A stretch of 63,128 nt of DNA, the filler included, from Choristocarpus tenellus KU-1152 (taxonomy: Eukaryota; Protista; Phaeophyceae): the NCBI GenBank assembly GCA_964200185.2. It is 15 parts of 15 records of this genome, joined end to end, with 100 filler letters (N's around TTAATTAATTAA, not from the genome) between each part and the next. Parts side by side here need not be neighbours in the genome. Positions count along the whole stretch, not along the records: positions 60,380 to 63,128 come from CAXNAD020025071.1; 14 more parts are not named here. One strand, given 5' to 3'. Every line of letters begins with the position of its first letter. The first letter of the stretch is position 1. Of the stretch, positions 61,526 to 63,128 are shown one piece after another. The notes under the pieces are model-generated. The model saw only the letters and a program-made list of their open reading frames with translations, had not been told where the DNA came from and did not search any database. The position numbers and the translations under genes are program-made.

Positions 61526-61546
61526 TAACCCTAACCCTAACCCTAA
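61526..61546 (-). repeat. Short interstitial telomeric repeat (CCCTAA)3
   Basis: TAACCCTAACCCTAACCCTAA. Confidence 0.85.
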
Positions 61547-62079
61547 TCCCGTGATAAAAACAACGAAGATGACCTTTCCCATGAACTGCGGATGGCAAAC
61601 ACGCCCCACATGCCCATTGCATTCAACAGCAACATCCTACTCTACTGACTTGTCATGTTGATCTACTCACTCCAACTCATTGCATCACAGCAGTGTGCCT
61701 TAAAGTGGGGACGAGTGATTACACACCTTGAGACACCTCCCTCCCCCTGCCCCCCCTTCCCCCCCCAAAAAAATAAATAAATAAAATTATGTTGTGGATT
61801 GATCCCCCCCGCCTCTCTGTGTATGAATGTCACCTCCCTTGAGGGAGCACGTACGTACTCCATCCTTCAATAACTAATTGAAAAAAAAACAAAAAACAAA
61901 TTAGAAACGCATGGCATGCTCAATAGGCCTACTACTTTCCACACTACTACCCCTGGGTGGCCCCAGAGCATCACATCAGAGGGGTATACCGTGAAAATGC
62001 TATTGAAGTAGTAAAGGAAGCTGGTACAGGTTCCCTGCGACACCTTGACCCACTGCATGTCGGCTCAACCTCCTCTCAC

Positions 62080-62154
62080 CTTGAGGCGTGTTCGAAGAGA
62101 TATCACCTCCTCGGAGACTGCCACACTCTGACCTTGTTGGGTGCGGATCCTGTC
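62080..62154 (-). CDS. Probable internal exon (coiled-coil-like) of an unknown gene
   Basis: 75-nt phase-0 segment DRIRTQQGQSVAVSEEVISLRTRLK ending in a strong AAG|GTGAGA donor; the acceptor would be GAG. Confidence 0.4.
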
Positions 62155-62395
62155 CTCATGCAGATAGATACATGTGCACGTGCACGTGCACAATGGCATA
62201 CATGCATACAGGCATACGGGTTGGCACAAAAAAACACTAAAAATAAATAAATTAGAAGGGGTCGAGGATGGGTGATGTTCCTGATCCTACATGCTAGTAC
62301 ACAACAATTATGGACGGGATATTATGCAATGGTGAGAAAATGAAAAATAAAATGTGAGTTAGTTTTCTAAAATAAAATAAAATTGATGTCATGTG

Positions 62396-62400
<5 letters not shown>

Positions 62401-62426
<26 letters not shown>
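62401..62426. repeat. (CAG)n microsatellite
   Basis: Perfect run. Confidence 0.93.
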
Positions 62427-63058
62427 AGATGAGCTCATCGTTGAAAAACATACAGGCGAAATAAGCAGTCAGTCCTAGGGTCAATCCGTCACCTTTCTTC
62501 AGATGGAACAACTACACATAAAAAATTATATTATTATTATTATTATTATCAGAAAAAAGGAGACTATCGGTATGGTATTTGCATTGCGTTCAAATGTGTG
62601 TTTTCCACCCCACCCCAATTGCAACGGGTTGACACGCCTCCTTTCGTACTAATAAACCCCTTCCCCAGGAGTCTGGGACAAAATTGCGAAGGACCATGAG
62701 GCAATAATAATAAAAAATGATAAGTTTGAGAAATAATATTGTTAAGCAATCGATTTCGATCTGACAATGTTCATCTTGTTGTTGTTGTTGCTGTTAATTA
62801 TTGTTATTATTATTACAGTCACACCATATAGAGAGAGTCTCAGTTACTCCACACCCACTTTCACATTTCCACTCCAGATGTTTACCTATCTTTATTCTTA
62901 CCAGGGCCCCTACGCGGTTGTTGCAACCGAGGCAACAACCAAACTTGTTTCACAGTTACAGTTACAGTTACGGTTGGGGAAGACATCTATGGTTGGCCTA
63001 CACTACAACCCTCCCATCAGAAAACCTAGGACCGTTGGCAACCGTGGCGGAGATGTTT

Positions 63059-63062
<4 letters not shown>

Positions 63063-63106
<44 letters not shown>
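63063..63106. repeat. (TG)n microsatellite
   Basis: Perfect run. Confidence 0.97.
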
Positions 63107-63107
<1 letters not shown>

Positions 63108-63128
63108 CTGTCCTATTTCACAATTCAT

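Overview
This is not a contiguous locus. It is 15 short eukaryotic contigs (about 2.6-8.4 kb) joined by 14 identical artificial 100-nt spacers (44 N + TTAATTAATTAA + 44 N). The DNA is intron-rich nuclear sequence from an ochrophyte, probably a brown alga or another PX-clade alga (inferred from a plastid-type bipartite presequence, TTAGGG repeats and a brown-algal-type C-terminal domain). Recognisable genes: a complete 4-exon organelle-targeted (probably plastid) peptide release factor 2, a 5' part of TTLL12, the last exon of a SWIB/MDM2-domain gene, tRNA-Asn(GTT), and several partial multi-exon genes of unknown function. The dominant feature is a DNA-transposon system. Two sibling MITE families (about 17 copies of a ~180-bp family A and about 8 of a ~250-bp family B) share a terminal ...AAAGTATCT core, a subterminal GTCCATT/AATGGAC motif and mostly 4-bp target-site duplications. 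Two decayed, intron-containing Sola2-like DDD transposase genes are also present, and each has been hit by one of these MITEs. The MITE termini carry symmetric GT and AG dinucleotides that could splice out in frame (an introner-like hypothesis, untested). The rest is retroelement debris, a third ~450-bp repeat family, mini/microsatellites and interstitial telomeric repeats. All family assignments come from motif recognition by eye; no searches were run.
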